Of a stretch of DNA of 64,000 nt, positions 1 to 10,135 are shown in pieces. The stretch's first letter is position 1; each line of letters starts with the position of its first letter. Under the pieces are notes generated by a model. That model worked only from the letters and a program-made list of their open reading frames with translations. It made no database searches and was not told the DNA's origin. The stretch comes from Candidatus Bathyarchaeota archaeon (GTDB lineage: Archaea; Thermoproteota; Bathyarchaeia; Bathyarchaeales; Bathycorpusculaceae): NCBI GenBank assembly GCA_963826715.1, contig CAWGYA010000007.1, positions 160,001 to 224,000 of the forward strand, in the 5' to 3' direction. Position numbers and translations under genes: made by a program.

Positions 1-563
1 TGTTGGTGTATAGAAACTGTTGATTTTGCATCATTGACCGTTATGCCAAAGTTAGCCCAATCCCAACCATTGCCTTGTTCTTTAGCTATTCCGTCAATGT
101 AAACGGTGGGGTTGCTATTGTTTGAATTATATAACTGAGAATAGTCTAGTCGTTGAGTGCCTTTTCCTACAACGGAATAGTTAAACCAGCTATCGGCTTT
201 GAAGAAATAATTGCCCAAGTCAGTTAGATAGAAGTTGTATGAAACAATGGTTACATTGCAGTTATGAGCAGAAATGCCTAATCCTGTTGTTCCATTTCCT
301 GTAGAAAAAAGGTTAAAACTCCATAGTGATGCTACATATCCGTCATCTGTGGCATTATGGGCAGGATAAAATCCAGATGTGTCATGATAACCACCAAAAG
401 AAGCACCTTTTTGGAGAATGATTGTTGCATTCTCATCGGGGATAGCATACAGGGTAGTGGTTTCTATGACTGTAGGATCTGCATTTGCAGATTGAAAGGT
501 AGCTATAGATATTAGGAATAATGCAACAAGCAATAAAACGGAAATCTTGCCGATACAACCCAT
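1..563 (-). CDS. Secreted/cell-surface protein, partial (runs off the left edge); paralogue of 22937-23815
   Basis: Not in the ORF track; translated by hand from ATG 563: MGCIGKISVLLLVALFLISIATFQSANADPT...ISAHNCNVTIVSY...WFNYSVVGKGTQ...VYIDG...ITVNDAKSTVSI. Has a signal peptide and is open to position 1. Confidence 0.8.
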   Translation of the reverse strand, partial: MGCIGKISVLLLVALFLISIATFQSANADPTVIETTTLYAIPDENATIILQKGASFGGYHDTSGFYPAHNATDDGYVASLWSFNLFSTGNGTTGLGISAHNCNVTIVSYNFYLTDLGNYFFKADSWFNYSVVGKGTQRLDYSQLYNSNNSNPTVYIDGIAKEQGNGWDWANFGITVNDAKSTVSIHQ

Positions 564-597
564 ACTCAGTATTAGAAATCGTTTATGATAAAAAGCT

Positions 598-619
598 TTC
601 AGCAAACTCTCTTGACTAA
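598..619 (-). promoter_or_regulatory. Palindromic element type A directly upstream of BRE/TATA
   Basis: In gene orientation TTAGTCAAG-AGAG-TTTGCTGAA followed by AGCTTTTTATCA; matches copies at 9956, 18843 and 26604. Confidence 0.6.
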
Positions 620-884
620 GCTAAGTCATCGTTCACTTTGTTGCGGAAGAGGGTTGAACTCAAATCCTCTGGCACATCTGGGTTGTCAGTGGCATAATTA
701 TCGCGGGAAATCCTTACATAATGCTTAATTATTTTTCCAAAAATTCTTTGAAATCAGTTTTGCTCAGTATTCCTGCGTGCAATTGCTTAAAAGCGAGCGC
801 TTATTAGTGTAATTTATTGGTTAGCCTCTTGCAAGCAAGCGTTTAGTTTCCTCGCCTCCTTAGCGGGAGAGTGAACGGTTTGCA

Positions 885-1193
885 GTGGTTTCTGTCATTG
901 TACATAATTTTGTTATGGTGTTGTTTATGCCTCATAAAAGAAGTTATCAGGGTAAAATTATTCAGCGGCAGCGAGAGCAAGATTTCAAAGCGATAAAGAT
1001 TCAGCGTAAGGCGGCTTGCCAATACATTAGGGAGACCGAGTTTCGTGATCACTTGATCGGCGAGACCGTTTGTCGAACTGATACTAATTCGATTACCGAT
1101 AAGTTGGCAAAGCTTTTTGGTCAACCTGAATCTGAAGCGATTCCTAACGTTGAGCCCGGCTTAGTTCTTATTGGACCCATTGAGGAGTTTTAA
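885..1193 (+). CDS. Hypothetical viral protein (likely start ATG 927)
   Basis: ORF at the head of a co-oriented, tightly packed operon. Confidence 0.55.
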   Translation: MVSVIVHNFVMVLFMPHKRSYQGKIIQRQREQDFKAIKIQRKAACQYIRETEFRDHLIGETVCRTDTNSITDKLAKLFGQPESEAIPNVEPGLVLIGPIEEF

Positions 1194-1198
1194 TTCTG

Positions 1199-1453
1199 AT
1201 GCCTGAAGAGTCATGGCCTGATTATAGTTTATGCCCCAGTTGCCCTGAGATCAAGCGCAAGATTGACCGTATAGATCTGGCTCTTTTGGGAGAGGATGGC
1301 ACTGGCTTAAACGGGGGCATTGTTAAGGCTATAACGGATTTGCAGAAGAAGAGTAAGGTTTCGGCGAGTTGGGCAAATTTTGCAAAACCAATCGCCATTG
1401 GTGCTGTCACGTCGATTGTGACTTTTCTGTTAACTTACGCTTTAGCTCATTAA
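1199..1453 (+). CDS. Small membrane protein (coiled segment plus C-terminal TM helix), possibly holin-like
   Basis: C-terminal hydrophobic stretch IAIGAVTSIVTFLLTYALAH; position upstream of the terminase genes. Confidence 0.55.
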   Translation: MPEESWPDYSLCPSCPEIKRKIDRIDLALLGEDGTGLNGGIVKAITDLQKKSKVSASWANFAKPIAIGAVTSIVTFLLTYALAH

Positions 1454-1469
1454 TTTAGGAGAGGATTGT

Positions 1470-1655
1470 TTGGAACCTGAAGAGTTTATTGGAGAAATAA
1501 AGAAGACCTTTAGCCGTGCATGTGCTTTGCCTGATTGGATGCAGCAGATTCTCTTAGAAGACATAAACGCCGCTATAGAAAACCGCATCCGCACGATGGA
1601 ACTGATCATTCAAGCTAAACCAATTGCTGCAGAGACCTTGAAACCTGGACAATAA
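1470..1655 (+). CDS. Hypothetical viral protein
   Basis: AGGAGAGG SD-like motif upstream; tightly packed in the operon. Confidence 0.55.
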   Translation: MEPEEFIGEIKKTFSRACALPDWMQQILLEDINAAIENRIRTMELIIQAKPIAAETLKPGQ

Positions 1656-1679
1656 CACAATCCGAAGGGAGAGAGTAAA

Positions 1680-1940
1680 TTGGCAAAAAGATCCACTTTT
1701 GAACAGTCCTTAGCTATCTTGGAAGTTGTGCGAACGCCAAAGATTCTAACGCATATTATGTATAAAACTAACGTTAACTGCAGTGTACTCAAGCCACTTC
1801 TTGAGGACCTAATGAAGAAGGATTTAATCACAACAGTTGAGATTCGCAGAGGAATTTCACGAAGGCACTATATCATTTCTCAAAAAGGCATAGACGTTCT
1901 TTGCTCTGTTAGAAAAGCATCGGAACTGCTGCAAGCTTAG
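1680..1940 (+). CDS. Archaeal winged-helix transcription regulator
   Basis: ILEVV...THIMYKTNVN...L..L...LI......YIISQKG pattern typical of archaeal wHTH proteins. Confidence 0.8.
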   Translation: MAKRSTFEQSLAILEVVRTPKILTHIMYKTNVNCSVLKPLLEDLMKKDLITTVEIRRGISRRHYIISQKGIDVLCSVRKASELLQA

Positions 1941-1953
1941 AGGGTATAATTGC

Positions 1954-2454
1954 TTGTCAATTTCCATGGAAGAGGCCTTAGGTCTTAAGAAATCGGAGCC
2001 CAAGGTTGAGGAGTCGCCAGCAGAGGAAGAGGATAAAGAATACTCGCCTGCTGAGCTTAAGAAAATTCAGCGGGATAAAATTATTCTTGAGGAGACGGCA
2101 AATAAGGGCTCGACTATCCCTGAGATTTGCGAGATTTTGCGAGAAAAAGGGCATCCCACAAGTCAAAGAACTATCTGGACAGTTCTGCACAGTGACCGCG
2201 CCACTAAACTTAGGGAGGAGATGGAGCGCGCGCAGTGTAGGGACATTGCTCTATTGCGTGCTTATGCCTTGCAAGATAGGGATTTGAAGGCTTTAGCTGC
2301 GGCGATAGCAGCGCGCGGGCAGTCGATTAAGAACTTGACACCTAACAATCAGCCCAATGTCAATGTTGATGTCAAAGTAGACAATAAGATTGACGTCAGC
2401 AAAGAAGTTGCCGAAATCATAAAGTTTAGTCGTGAAGAAGATGCTGGCAAGTGA
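1954..2454 (+). CDS. Putative terminase small subunit
   Basis: HTH-like core (TIPEICEIL...SQRTIW); overlaps the start of the large terminase (GTGA). Confidence 0.6.
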   Translation: MSISMEEALGLKKSEPKVEESPAEEEDKEYSPAELKKIQRDKIILEETANKGSTIPEICEILREKGHPTSQRTIWTVLHSDRATKLREEMERAQCRDIALLRAYALQDRDLKALAAAIAARGQSIKNLTPNNQPNVNVDVKVDNKIDVSKEVAEIIKFSREEDAGK

Positions 2455-3758
2455 AAGCCGATGTTTTGGGGTACGCTCTTAGAGATGGGCAGCTAAAGAT
2501 CGTTGGCTCCGTGCTAGATCCCAATGTTAAGCGGCTTATCGTTAGTGCAGTGACGCAGTATGGCAAAACGAGGGCAGTAGCCATTGGTGTTTTGCTCTAC
2601 ATTTTAGCGAATGAAAACAAGCGAATCTTGTTCATCGCGCCAACCATCGATCAAACCAATATTATCCGTAATTATGTCTCAGAGCATATTGCGGCAAGTC
2701 GTCAGCTGGCTTCTTTGGTAAATCGACCTAGGCGCAGCAGCCCTGAAGACTTAAAAAATGAGATGAGCAAGAAGCGTCTAACGCTCAAAAACGGCTGCGA
2801 AATCATTACATTAACAGCCCATGGCGCCGGAGAAGAACCTGGGAAGCAGCTGATGGGTTTTGGCGGCGACGTCATCGTCGTTGATGAGGCTTGCCTAATT
2901 CTTGATGAGGTTTATCGTAAGCGTATTAAGCGCATGTTGGGCAGTAACCCAGACAGCAAACTCATCATTTTGGTTAATCCGTGGCATCGGCGCAATTTTG
3001 CTTTTAGGGCTTGGCGGAATCCGAAGTTTAAGAAGATCCATATTGATTGGCGTCAAGCCGTCTTAGAGGGGCGTGTTACTGAAGAATTTATCGAGGATAT
3101 GCGCCAAGAGCTTTCAGATTATGAGTTTAAGGTGCTCTATGAGAGTGAGTTTGCGGAGGATTCTGAGGATTCTCTGATTCGTTGGGATTGGATCCAGCGT
3201 GCTCTCGTGAAGAAGGTTGAGTTTTCGGGTGCTACGCAGACGGTTTGGGGTTTAGATGTTGCTGAGCAAGGCAAGGACCTCACCGTTCTTACACGTGCAG
3301 AGACTGATGGCGTGCATTACGCTGTGACTGGACAGCAACATATCCAGGAGCGGGAAACAATGCCCACAGCAAATCGAGTGGCGGCTATTGTTCCAAAAAA
3401 TGAAGCCCTGCATGTTGATAGCATCGGTGTAGGCGCTGGCGTGTACAGTCGGCTGTCTGAAATGGGGTATAGAGCAGTTTCTGTTAGGGTTAGTATGTCT
3501 CCAACTTGTGAGGAAGATCGCTATCTGAATGAGAAGTCGCAGCGGTTTTGGAAGCTTCGCTCAATCTTTGAGCAAGACCTGATTAGCATTCCAAACAATC
3601 CACATCTAATTAGCCAGTTGTCACAGATACGCTATGAATTCACAGCTGCTGGCAAAATCCGCATTGTTGATCCGGAGGGTAAGAGCCCAGATTTTGCAGA
3701 TAGTTTAATGTTAACGCTTCTAGATTCGAGAAAGAGACCCAAGGCGGCAAATGCATAA
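2451..3758 (+). CDS. Terminase large subunit
   Basis: Walker A (VTQYGKT), Walker B (VIVVDEA), coupling motif (LVNP), RNase H-like nuclease motifs (GLDVA..G.D, VDSIGVGAGV, SPDFADSL). Confidence 0.95.
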   Translation: MKADVLGYALRDGQLKIVGSVLDPNVKRLIVSAVTQYGKTRAVAIGVLLYILANENKRILFIAPTIDQTNIIRNYVSEHIAASRQLASLVNRPRRSSPEDLKNEMSKKRLTLKNGCEIITLTAHGAGEEPGKQLMGFGGDVIVVDEACLILDEVYRKRIKRMLGSNPDSKLIILVNPWHRRNFAFRAWRNPKFKKIHIDWRQAVLEGRVTEEFIEDMRQELSDYEFKVLYESEFAEDSEDSLIRWDWIQRALVKKVEFSGATQTVWGLDVAEQGKDLTVLTRAETDGVHYAVTGQQHIQERETMPTANRVAAIVPKNEALHVDSIGVGAGVYSRLSEMGYRAVSVRVSMSPTCEEDRYLNEKSQRFWKLRSIFEQDLISIPNNPHLISQLSQIRYEFTAAGKIRIVDPEGKSPDFADSLMLTLLDSRKRPKAANA

Positions 3759-3898
3759 TGAAAAAAAGGTTAGGAAAAATCTTTGCAGGCAAAAACAGAG
3801 CTGAGGGTGCGGATCGCTTTGCCGATTTTGACCCAGAGTTTAAGGACCTACAGAAGCAGGGCGCAATTAGGGTTTTAAGTACTGCATCGGATCGGTAG
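3758..3898 (+). CDS. Small hypothetical protein, 46 aa (MKKRLGKIFAGKNRAEG...)
   Basis: ATG overlaps the terminase stop (TAATG); the ORF fills the gap to the portal gene almost exactly. Below the ORF-track cutoff. Confidence 0.5.
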   Translation: MKKRLGKIFAGKNRAEGADRFADFDPEFKDLQKQGAIRVLSTASDR

Positions 3899-3904
3899 AG
3901 AATC

Positions 3905-5287
3905 TTGAGTGAGAAAAAATCTTCCTGGAAGGGTTTGTCGCATTACGCTAAAGTGCTAGTTTACGGCAGCGCAGCGAGTTCTCCCAAGATAGGCAAAGGC
4001 GACTTCGGAACCTCCAATACCCCAACAGACAGCGAAAACTATGCTAGTATGGATAAGGATTACCGTTGGTTTCGCCAAGATGAGCTTGTCCGCCGATGCA
4101 CGATTATTAATGCTTGTTTTACTGCGTTGGCAGCTGGATTTGAGACCACTCTTGAGCCAACAAAGCCCATAGCAGATGAAAACGAAAAGAAAACCTTCTT
4201 AGAGAAATATCAGTACGTCAAGGATTATGTCGACGCAATAAACAAAGCAGTAAACTTTGATCAGGTTCTTTTTGTAGCCCAAATTAAACGGAGCATCTTT
4301 GGGAAATGCGGGTTTGAGATCGTCTTTAAAACCGACGGCAAAACTCCCGCGTACCTGATTAGCCTTCAGAGCCCAAAGTTAACTCCCAAGAAAAACAAGG
4401 ATTGGGAACTCACAGGTTTCAAATATACTGGCATCAAAGAGGGCTATGATGTCGATGAAGTCCTGTATTTTGTTAACACTCAGCTCGAGAACGATTTCTT
4501 GGGGTTGAGCGATGTTGAACCTATCCGTTCAACCTGCAAAGCCAGGAATTACTTGCTCGATAAGGATTTCCCCGAGATTACCCGTCGGCTTTGGGCACCC
4601 TATACTTTGCTTGAAGCGGATACCGCCGATATGGCTGATGATGATGAGACTGCTTTTCTTAAGGATCTGGCAAAGATCGCTGAAGCGGGCAAGAGTACTG
4701 CAATTAACAAGTCTGTAACTGCCCAAGTGGTAGAGTTTCGCATTAATTTGGGGGGGCTTGTGCAGTTGATGGATAAGCTTGAGGAAGGAGTTATCCGAGC
4801 GTATGGTACACCGCGTTTTTTGATTAACAAGACTCCGGAGAATAGGGCAACAGCTTATGTTGAGTTTGAAGCTTACGTTGAGGGGGTTATCAAGCCTAAT
4901 CAGCGTTACTTTAAGCGTGCTTTGGAGTGTGAGATGTGGTATGATCGGTTAGCGAGGCTTGCCATGGAAGAACATGGAGAGAAAATTGCCAAAGGTGTTG
5001 CTCTTCCAGTTAAGGTGAAGCAAAATTTCAAGCCAGTTAAGGCCTCTGATATCTATGCGATGGCGGCAGCGGTTGCAAGTCTGTATGGTAACGGTAGCGG
5101 GGTGTTGGCTGAGTTCCCAGAGATTGCTTTTGAGATGATGAATTGGGACCAGGAGTTGCTTAAGGCAAAAGCGGACTCTGCTTTGTCTCCCGGTAAAGCA
5201 GCGGTTGTTAGGGGCGAAGATAAGGAGGGCAAATATGAGGAGTATATTATCCGTCGCCGATTGCCTGCAGCTCATCAGCACAGTTGA
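3905..5287 (+). CDS. Portal protein
   Basis: Position after terminase and 460-aa size. IFGKCGFE, DEVLYF...GLSDV and YGTPRFLI segments resemble portal proteins. Confidence 0.85.
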   Translation: MSEKKSSWKGLSHYAKVLVYGSAASSPKIGKGDFGTSNTPTDSENYASMDKDYRWFRQDELVRRCTIINACFTALAAGFETTLEPTKPIADENEKKTFLEKYQYVKDYVDAINKAVNFDQVLFVAQIKRSIFGKCGFEIVFKTDGKTPAYLISLQSPKLTPKKNKDWELTGFKYTGIKEGYDVDEVLYFVNTQLENDFLGLSDVEPIRSTCKARNYLLDKDFPEITRRLWAPYTLLEADTADMADDDETAFLKDLAKIAEAGKSTAINKSVTAQVVEFRINLGGLVQLMDKLEEGVIRAYGTPRFLINKTPENRATAYVEFEAYVEGVIKPNQRYFKRALECEMWYDRLARLAMEEHGEKIAKGVALPVKVKQNFKPVKASDIYAMAAAVASLYGNGSGVLAEFPEIAFEMMNWDQELLKAKADSALSPGKAAVVRGEDKEGKYEEYIIRRRLPAAHQHS

Positions 5288-5549
5288 CGTCATAGAGGTC
5301 CTTGAAGCCTTCAAGCGCATCCCAGACCAATTTCGGAGTTTTACTTTCTTTGGCGCTGATGACCGCTGGCTGTACATTAAATCTGGCCACCCGAACCTTT
5401 GCGAGAACTGTTTGGGCTATGATGGTGAAGTCTTCTACGGTGATAGCCTAAGATCAGAGTTTCCGTATCTTCGAATTATTGATGAGAACACGATTAACCC
5501 CAATGTTCACCCCCATTGTGAATGTCTTCTGATTCGGATTTCAGCGTAA
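5205..5549 (+). CDS. Minimal SPP1 gp7/Mu gpF-like head morphogenesis protein (true start uncertain)
   Basis: CENCLGYDGEVF and NVHPHCECLL match the CxxC..DG / HPNCRC signature; position after portal. Confidence 0.7.
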   Translation: MLGAKIRRANMRSILSVADCLQLISTVDVIEVLEAFKRIPDQFRSFTFFGADDRWLYIKSGHPNLCENCLGYDGEVFYGDSLRSEFPYLRIIDENTINPNVHPHCECLLIRISA

Positions 5550-5580
5550 CAGGATTTCAAATTACTAAGAGGTAAAATGT

Positions 5581-6630
5581 TTGTTAAAACAGCATAGCCA
5601 CGAACTAGTCTTCATTGCTGGTTTGCATCGGCTTGATGCTGCCAACAAGAAGGCAGTGTTCTACTTGATGAATACTAGCCGGAACCGTAATCGCTGGGGA
5701 GTCACGCAAAAGGCACTCGATGAGGCTTTGCCGTCGCTGTTAAAGAAGCCTCTAGGCATGGGTAAGGACTACAAGCTGGGGCATTTTCCCGATGAGGAAA
5801 GCATGAATGTTGGGTTGTTCTCGGCTTTTGAGAATAAGGGCAACTATGCATTGGGCACGGTCGACATAACGGATGATAAAGTCTTAGCGATGCTTGAAGC
5901 TGGCGAGTTAGGACCGATAAGTTCAGTCATCCTTCCGTATTATGATACTTGCAGCGTTTGCGGTGAAGTTTTAGATGCTAACTGGGAAAATCACCCTTGC
6001 ATAGCCGAAAATAAGGCATTCTCAGAAGTGCAATCGTTCGAGTTTCACCGTTTCGATTTTGTGGATGTGCCAGCGTATCCGCAAGCGGGCTTCATGAATT
6101 TTGCCTCCAAACGAGAGGATAATAGTGTATCCCTTGCGCTTCTGGCAGGCGTCTACAGCAATTCACGGTCTCCAAATTTACAGGAGCAAAATAAAGTGTC
6201 CGAAAAACAAGAGAATGAAAAAATAGCGGCACTTGAGCAGAGGGCAACCAAAGCCGAAGCTGACCTCAAGAAAGCACAAGACGACGCATCAGCCAATGCA
6301 GCCAGAGTCAATGAGCTCAGTGCAGAACTCAATGCAATCAAAGATGAAAAGCACGCTGGTCTGGTAGAGCAAGCCTACCGTGCACGTGTCGAAGCTGGCA
6401 TCGCAGGCGAAGAGAAAGCAGACAGAGAAATGCTTGCTGGCTTAGATGATAAGAACCTTAAGCTTTTCTTTGTTGAGGCTGGGAAAATCGCTAAAGTTGT
6501 TTCTACTCAAGGGATTCAATCCCCCAAGAACAAGTATCAGGCGGGTGAGGAAGATGAGCTTGCAGCTGCAGTCGCAGCCAAAAGAGCAGAGCTTGGCTTA
6601 CCCGAAATAAAAAAACAGGAGAAAAAATAA
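5581..6630 (+). CDS. Prohead protease-scaffold fusion
   Basis: N-terminal protease-like region (SRNRNRW, H, FVDVPAYP) and C-terminal Ala/Glu/Lys coiled coil; position before the capsid genes. Confidence 0.8.
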   Translation: MLKQHSHELVFIAGLHRLDAANKKAVFYLMNTSRNRNRWGVTQKALDEALPSLLKKPLGMGKDYKLGHFPDEESMNVGLFSAFENKGNYALGTVDITDDKVLAMLEAGELGPISSVILPYYDTCSVCGEVLDANWENHPCIAENKAFSEVQSFEFHRFDFVDVPAYPQAGFMNFASKREDNSVSLALLAGVYSNSRSPNLQEQNKVSEKQENEKIAALEQRATKAEADLKKAQDDASANAARVNELSAELNAIKDEKHAGLVEQAYRARVEAGIAGEEKADREMLAGLDDKNLKLFFVEAGKIAKVVSTQGIQSPKNKYQAGEEDELAAAVAAKRAELGLPEIKKQEKK

Positions 6631-7089
6631 ATGACGTTAGGAGATTATGGACTCAAATCCGCTCTGTTAGTCGTTGAAAAAATGACTATGAAGAGCAACA
6701 CTGACGCGTTAAAGGGCAAACTCTACGCTGACGACGGCGCAGGATTAGTTCTCGCAACCGCTGCCCTAGCTGCAATAACAAAGGTTGTTATGGCAAACGA
6801 AGATCACGACTACAGCGAAGAAACAGACCACGATATCAGCGTAACGGTGGTGGGCTTGGTTGAATGCGCAAAAGTTGCAGGGTCCGGTTTAGCACGCAAG
6901 GGCGATAAAATCATGATTTCTGCAACAGCAGGAGAATGCACCAAATTCGTTGCGGGCGATGTTACTGCTACAGTCAACGAATCCACAGTTGAAGCAGCTA
7001 ACCTAGTTAACCTTGGCAAGATCGGCACAGCTTATGAAACATCAGCCGACGCAGATACCACACAGAAGATGTGGTTAGGAGTCTTCTAA
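6631..7089 (+). CDS. Capsid decoration/cement protein
   Basis: Small Ala/Gly-rich beta protein (KGDKI...IGTAYE) between scaffold and capsid. Confidence 0.65.
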   Translation: MTLGDYGLKSALLVVEKMTMKSNTDALKGKLYADDGAGLVLATAALAAITKVVMANEDHDYSEETDHDISVTVVGLVECAKVAGSGLARKGDKIMISATAGECTKFVAGDVTATVNESTVEAANLVNLGKIGTAYETSADADTTQKMWLGVF

Positions 7090-7090
7090 G

Positions 7091-8044
7091 ATGTCTCATC
7101 CAGTTAGGGTCTTTAAATCCGCTGTAGACGGCAAATTCTACAAAGCAAACTACTCAGAACGTGGACGAAACGCAAGCTTAACTGCCGGTGGAATCGTTTC
7201 CCCAAGTGACGTTGAAGCAGTTGAAGCCGTAACAATCCTTGAGCAAGTATTGGGCTACGCATGGCCAGCTTACAATCTGCGTTCGATCTGCCGTACCATC
7301 CAGATGGATAACTTGCAAGAACGCATAGACGTCGCAACTAAATCCACTGGTCAACGCAAAGTTAAGCCCATGCAGGAAGCCGAGATAAGCAAAGATGCAT
7401 TCGCACCAGTCAACTTTGACCTCTGGAAAAACGTAGTGCACGTTGCTGTCGCCGATGAGGCAGGCATGAAATCAGCCCACAACATCCTGCAGTTGCAAAC
7501 AGAAGCTGCCGGCAGAGATGTAGGTCGCATGGAAAACCTCGACATCAAAGACATAGCCGAAGCCTGCACAGAAAAAACCTCCAGCACCCCATACGTGGAT
7601 TGGGCAGCAAAATCAAGCGGCATAAGCACAAACGACCCCTTCGACGCCATCATACCCGCCATCGACTACATCCAAGGAAAAGGCTGGCCTGTTGACTTCA
7701 TGGCACTACACCCCACAATCTACAGCAAATTCATCCGCAACACACACGTCAGAGAACTAGTCCATGCGGGCATTGCAAGTTTAGGTCCAAACGGCGGCGC
7801 TTTCACACTGCCAGGCTACCCAACCATCAAGATTGTCACTGACTTCGCATTAACAGAAACTCCAGATGGCACGCATGGCCCACTCATTGGCAGCTCAAGT
7901 GCTCCAGGCTTGGTTTTCGGTGAAGGTCCAACGATGGCAGCGCAGTACAGAGACGAAGCCAAAGGCTTTGACGGCTACATCATCCGCAAATGGCAAGAAC
8001 CCAAAGTCGTCATACAAGACGCCATCACAAAAATCTGCACCTAA
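7091..8044 (+). CDS. Major capsid protein (HK97 fold)
   Basis: 317 aa, canonical position, DFMALHP..Y and PGYPTIKIVTD segments; followed by a T-rich terminator. Confidence 0.85.
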   Translation: MSHPVRVFKSAVDGKFYKANYSERGRNASLTAGGIVSPSDVEAVEAVTILEQVLGYAWPAYNLRSICRTIQMDNLQERIDVATKSTGQRKVKPMQEAEISKDAFAPVNFDLWKNVVHVAVADEAGMKSAHNILQLQTEAAGRDVGRMENLDIKDIAEACTEKTSSTPYVDWAAKSSGISTNDPFDAIIPAIDYIQGKGWPVDFMALHPTIYSKFIRNTHVRELVHAGIASLGPNGGAFTLPGYPTIKIVTDFALTETPDGTHGPLIGSSSAPGLVFGEGPTMAAQYRDEAKGFDGYIIRKWQEPKVVIQDAITKICT

Positions 8045-8045
8045 A

Positions 8046-8061
8046 CCCCTTTTTTTCTTTT
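8046..8061 (+). terminator. Oligo-T terminator after the capsid gene
   Basis: ACCCCTTTTTTTCTTTT immediately after the stop codon. Confidence 0.5.
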
Positions 8062-8067
8062 CAGTGA

Positions 8068-8673
8068 TTATTTTGGTAATGAGATCCCGTTGATGGGATC
8101 GTAGGGCGCATAGTAGAGGTACTGGGTTGAATTTTGTTTTTGCGTAAAGGTTAGTTGCAGTCCATCGCTCATAAAGAATATGAAATTTGTTGGGGTTCCG
8201 CAGTGTACGTTAATAGTTGTGCTGTTCAATATTTTAGCCGTGTTTACATATTCTAAGTATGAGGCAATTGTTTTTCCCCCGCCTCCACGATGGTAAGCGT
8301 ATTGGTGAGCATCGACTACGTTAAAACCTTGGGACCTCAAATCATCAATGTACCACTGAACTTTGGTTCTTCTTTCAGCGGACGCCAAAGCGTTTGGGGT
8401 AAGCAACACTACAAGCAGAATAATGCTCGTCAAAAAAACGGCTGTAAGTATTTTTACGCTCTTTTGGCTGGGGCTTCTTTTCCACAAATATAAGAGCATA
8501 GGGATTCCTGTTCCCAAAATTAGCCCCAAAGATAACAGTTGAGTGATCGGTCCCCAAGTATCAGGAGAATTGCTTGAACGTGGGTATCCCCATTCCAAGA
8601 GCGCAACCATTGCAACACCTATGATTATCAAATAGCAGATTGCAATGGCTGCCTTCTTTAACTTAGACTGCAT
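8068..8673 (-). CDS. Membrane protein (3 TM plus extracellular domain), accessory insert
   Basis: Three hydrophobic helices; antisense within the virion operon; TTTATAAG TATA-like element upstream. Confidence 0.75.
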   Translation of the reverse strand: MQSKLKKAAIAICYLIIIGVAMVALLEWGYPRSSNSPDTWGPITQLLSLGLILGTGIPMLLYLWKRSPSQKSVKILTAVFLTSIILLVVLLTPNALASAERRTKVQWYIDDLRSQGFNVVDAHQYAYHRGGGGKTIASYLEYVNTAKILNSTTINVHCGTPTNFIFFMSDGLQLTFTQKQNSTQYLYYAPYDPINGISLPK

Positions 8674-8762
8674 TGATTTCCAATCTATTGAACAACCGGT
8701 GTTTGCTTATAAATTCTGCCTTACATTGTCCAATTAGCGCCCGCGGAAAACCACCGCATCCC

Positions 8763-9920
8763 CTAACTAATTTCTTTCTTACGGCTATTGCGGTAAACCA
8801 AAAGGGCAGCAACGCCAACAACTAACGCTGCTACAGTAACAGCCGCAGCAACCATGATTGGAAAACCATTCTGATTCGAGTGAGGTGTTGGCGAAGGAGA
8901 TGGTGACTGAGCATCAATTGGTGCATACGCTTCATTAACGGCATATCCCTCACCCGATGACAAGATGTTGCCACCAGCACCTCCAAGAGCATACATAGTA
9001 TTATCTACAACTGCTACTGCCAATCTATCTCGAGCAGTTAACATAGGAACACCAACACTCCAAGAACTATTTTCAGGGTTGAAAACTTGAAGCATATTCG
9101 TTCTGCTGCCGCCTGTCCCCTTCTCGCCAAGTTGTCCACCAACAAGATAGATTCTTGCAGAACCAAGCGGATCCGTAAGGGTGCATGCTGCTGAATTTAG
9201 CATAGTTGTTTGCATCGGAATTCCAATAGTCCAAGAGTCAGTCGTGGAATCATAAATTTGGGTAATATTCAAATTTCTCGGGTCGTCGGAATTACCTTGA
9301 CCGCCCAGTACATAGATTTTGTTGCCAATTACTGTCGAAGAAAAAGAAGCAACAGGATAAGGTATAGGTTGTTTTGTTTCCCACTTCTCGCTAGTTGGGT
9401 CATAGACTTGATTTGTAGAGACCGCTGAATTTGGTCCACCTGTTATGCCACCAATCAAATAAATTTGGCCATTGACTACGTTTGCTTCAAAATTTGCCCG
9501 CGGGGTAGGCATTGGCTGTTTTATTTCCCAGGCATTGGTTGCAGGGTCATAGACTTCAATTGCTCCAGTAACTGAAGAACTGAAGGGAGCGCCCCTACCG
9601 GTTAAGCCGCCAATGCAGTAAATCTTACTTTGATATGCTGCTATGGCAAAGCTAAACCTCGGAGTGGGCATTGCTGCTTTGATTGTCCAGGTATCGGTTA
9701 TGGGATCATATTCTTCAGTATTGTTTAGATCGGTAAAACCTCCGATAGCGTAAATTTTTCCATTTACCTCGGCGGCGCCTAAAGATGTTCTTGCGGTTGG
9801 CATAGGCTCTTTGGACACCCAAGTGCCTATATCCCCATCAGCTCCATAAACAGGAGTAAGGACTACAACACCCGATATAAGAAATAAGGCAACAAGCAGC
9901 AGAGCATGGCTTTTTCTCAT
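8763..9920 (-). CDS. Kelch-repeat beta-propeller surface protein with signal peptide and C-terminal TM anchor
   Basis: Six repeats of MPTPR...KIY.IGG...YDP.T..W; P/S/T linker; anchor AALLVYRNSRK. Confidence 0.92.
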   Translation of the reverse strand: MRKSHALLLVALFLISGVVVLTPVYGADGDIGTWVSKEPMPTARTSLGAAEVNGKIYAIGGFTDLNNTEEYDPITDTWTIKAAMPTPRFSFAIAAYQSKIYCIGGLTGRGAPFSSSVTGAIEVYDPATNAWEIKQPMPTPRANFEANVVNGQIYLIGGITGGPNSAVSTNQVYDPTSEKWETKQPIPYPVASFSSTVIGNKIYVLGGQGNSDDPRNLNITQIYDSTTDSWTIGIPMQTTMLNSAACTLTDPLGSARIYLVGGQLGEKGTGGSRTNMLQVFNPENSSWSVGVPMLTARDRLAVAVVDNTMYALGGAGGNILSSGEGYAVNEAYAPIDAQSPSPSPTPHSNQNGFPIMVAAAVTVAALVVGVAALLVYRNSRKKEIS

Positions 9921-9955
9921 GCTTAGCTCTTGACTGCGTTTGAAATAAAAGCTTT

Positions 9956-9977
9956 CTCGTAAAGCTTTCTTGACTAA
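9956..9977 (-). promoter_or_regulatory. Palindromic element type A upstream of the Kelch gene BRE/TATA
   Basis: In gene orientation TTAGTCAAG-AAAG-CTTTACGAG followed by AAAGCTTTTATTT. Confidence 0.65.
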
Positions 9978-10135
9978 AGGCTAAAAAATTGTTGAGACTT
10001 TGGTGGTTCTTTATGACTGATCAGAAATATGGTTCTTTGGTTAATGTTCAGGTTATGGCAGGCGTGACTGTAAATGTTGACGTGAGCTCCGTCGCTTCTG
10101 TTTCTGTTATTGGTTAAGTTATTAGTAGATTTGGA

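Noticed and set aside
645-672. AGAGGGTTGAACTCAAATCCTCT hairpin resembling a tRNA T-arm or att site
   Set aside because: It does not match the tRNA-Pro 3' sequence and no cloverleaf can be built.
10013-10117. 34-aa ORF MTDQKYGSLVNVQVMAGVTVNVDVSSVASVSVIG before the adaptor gene
   Set aside because: It could be a small or truncated viral gene, but it is too short and featureless to support.
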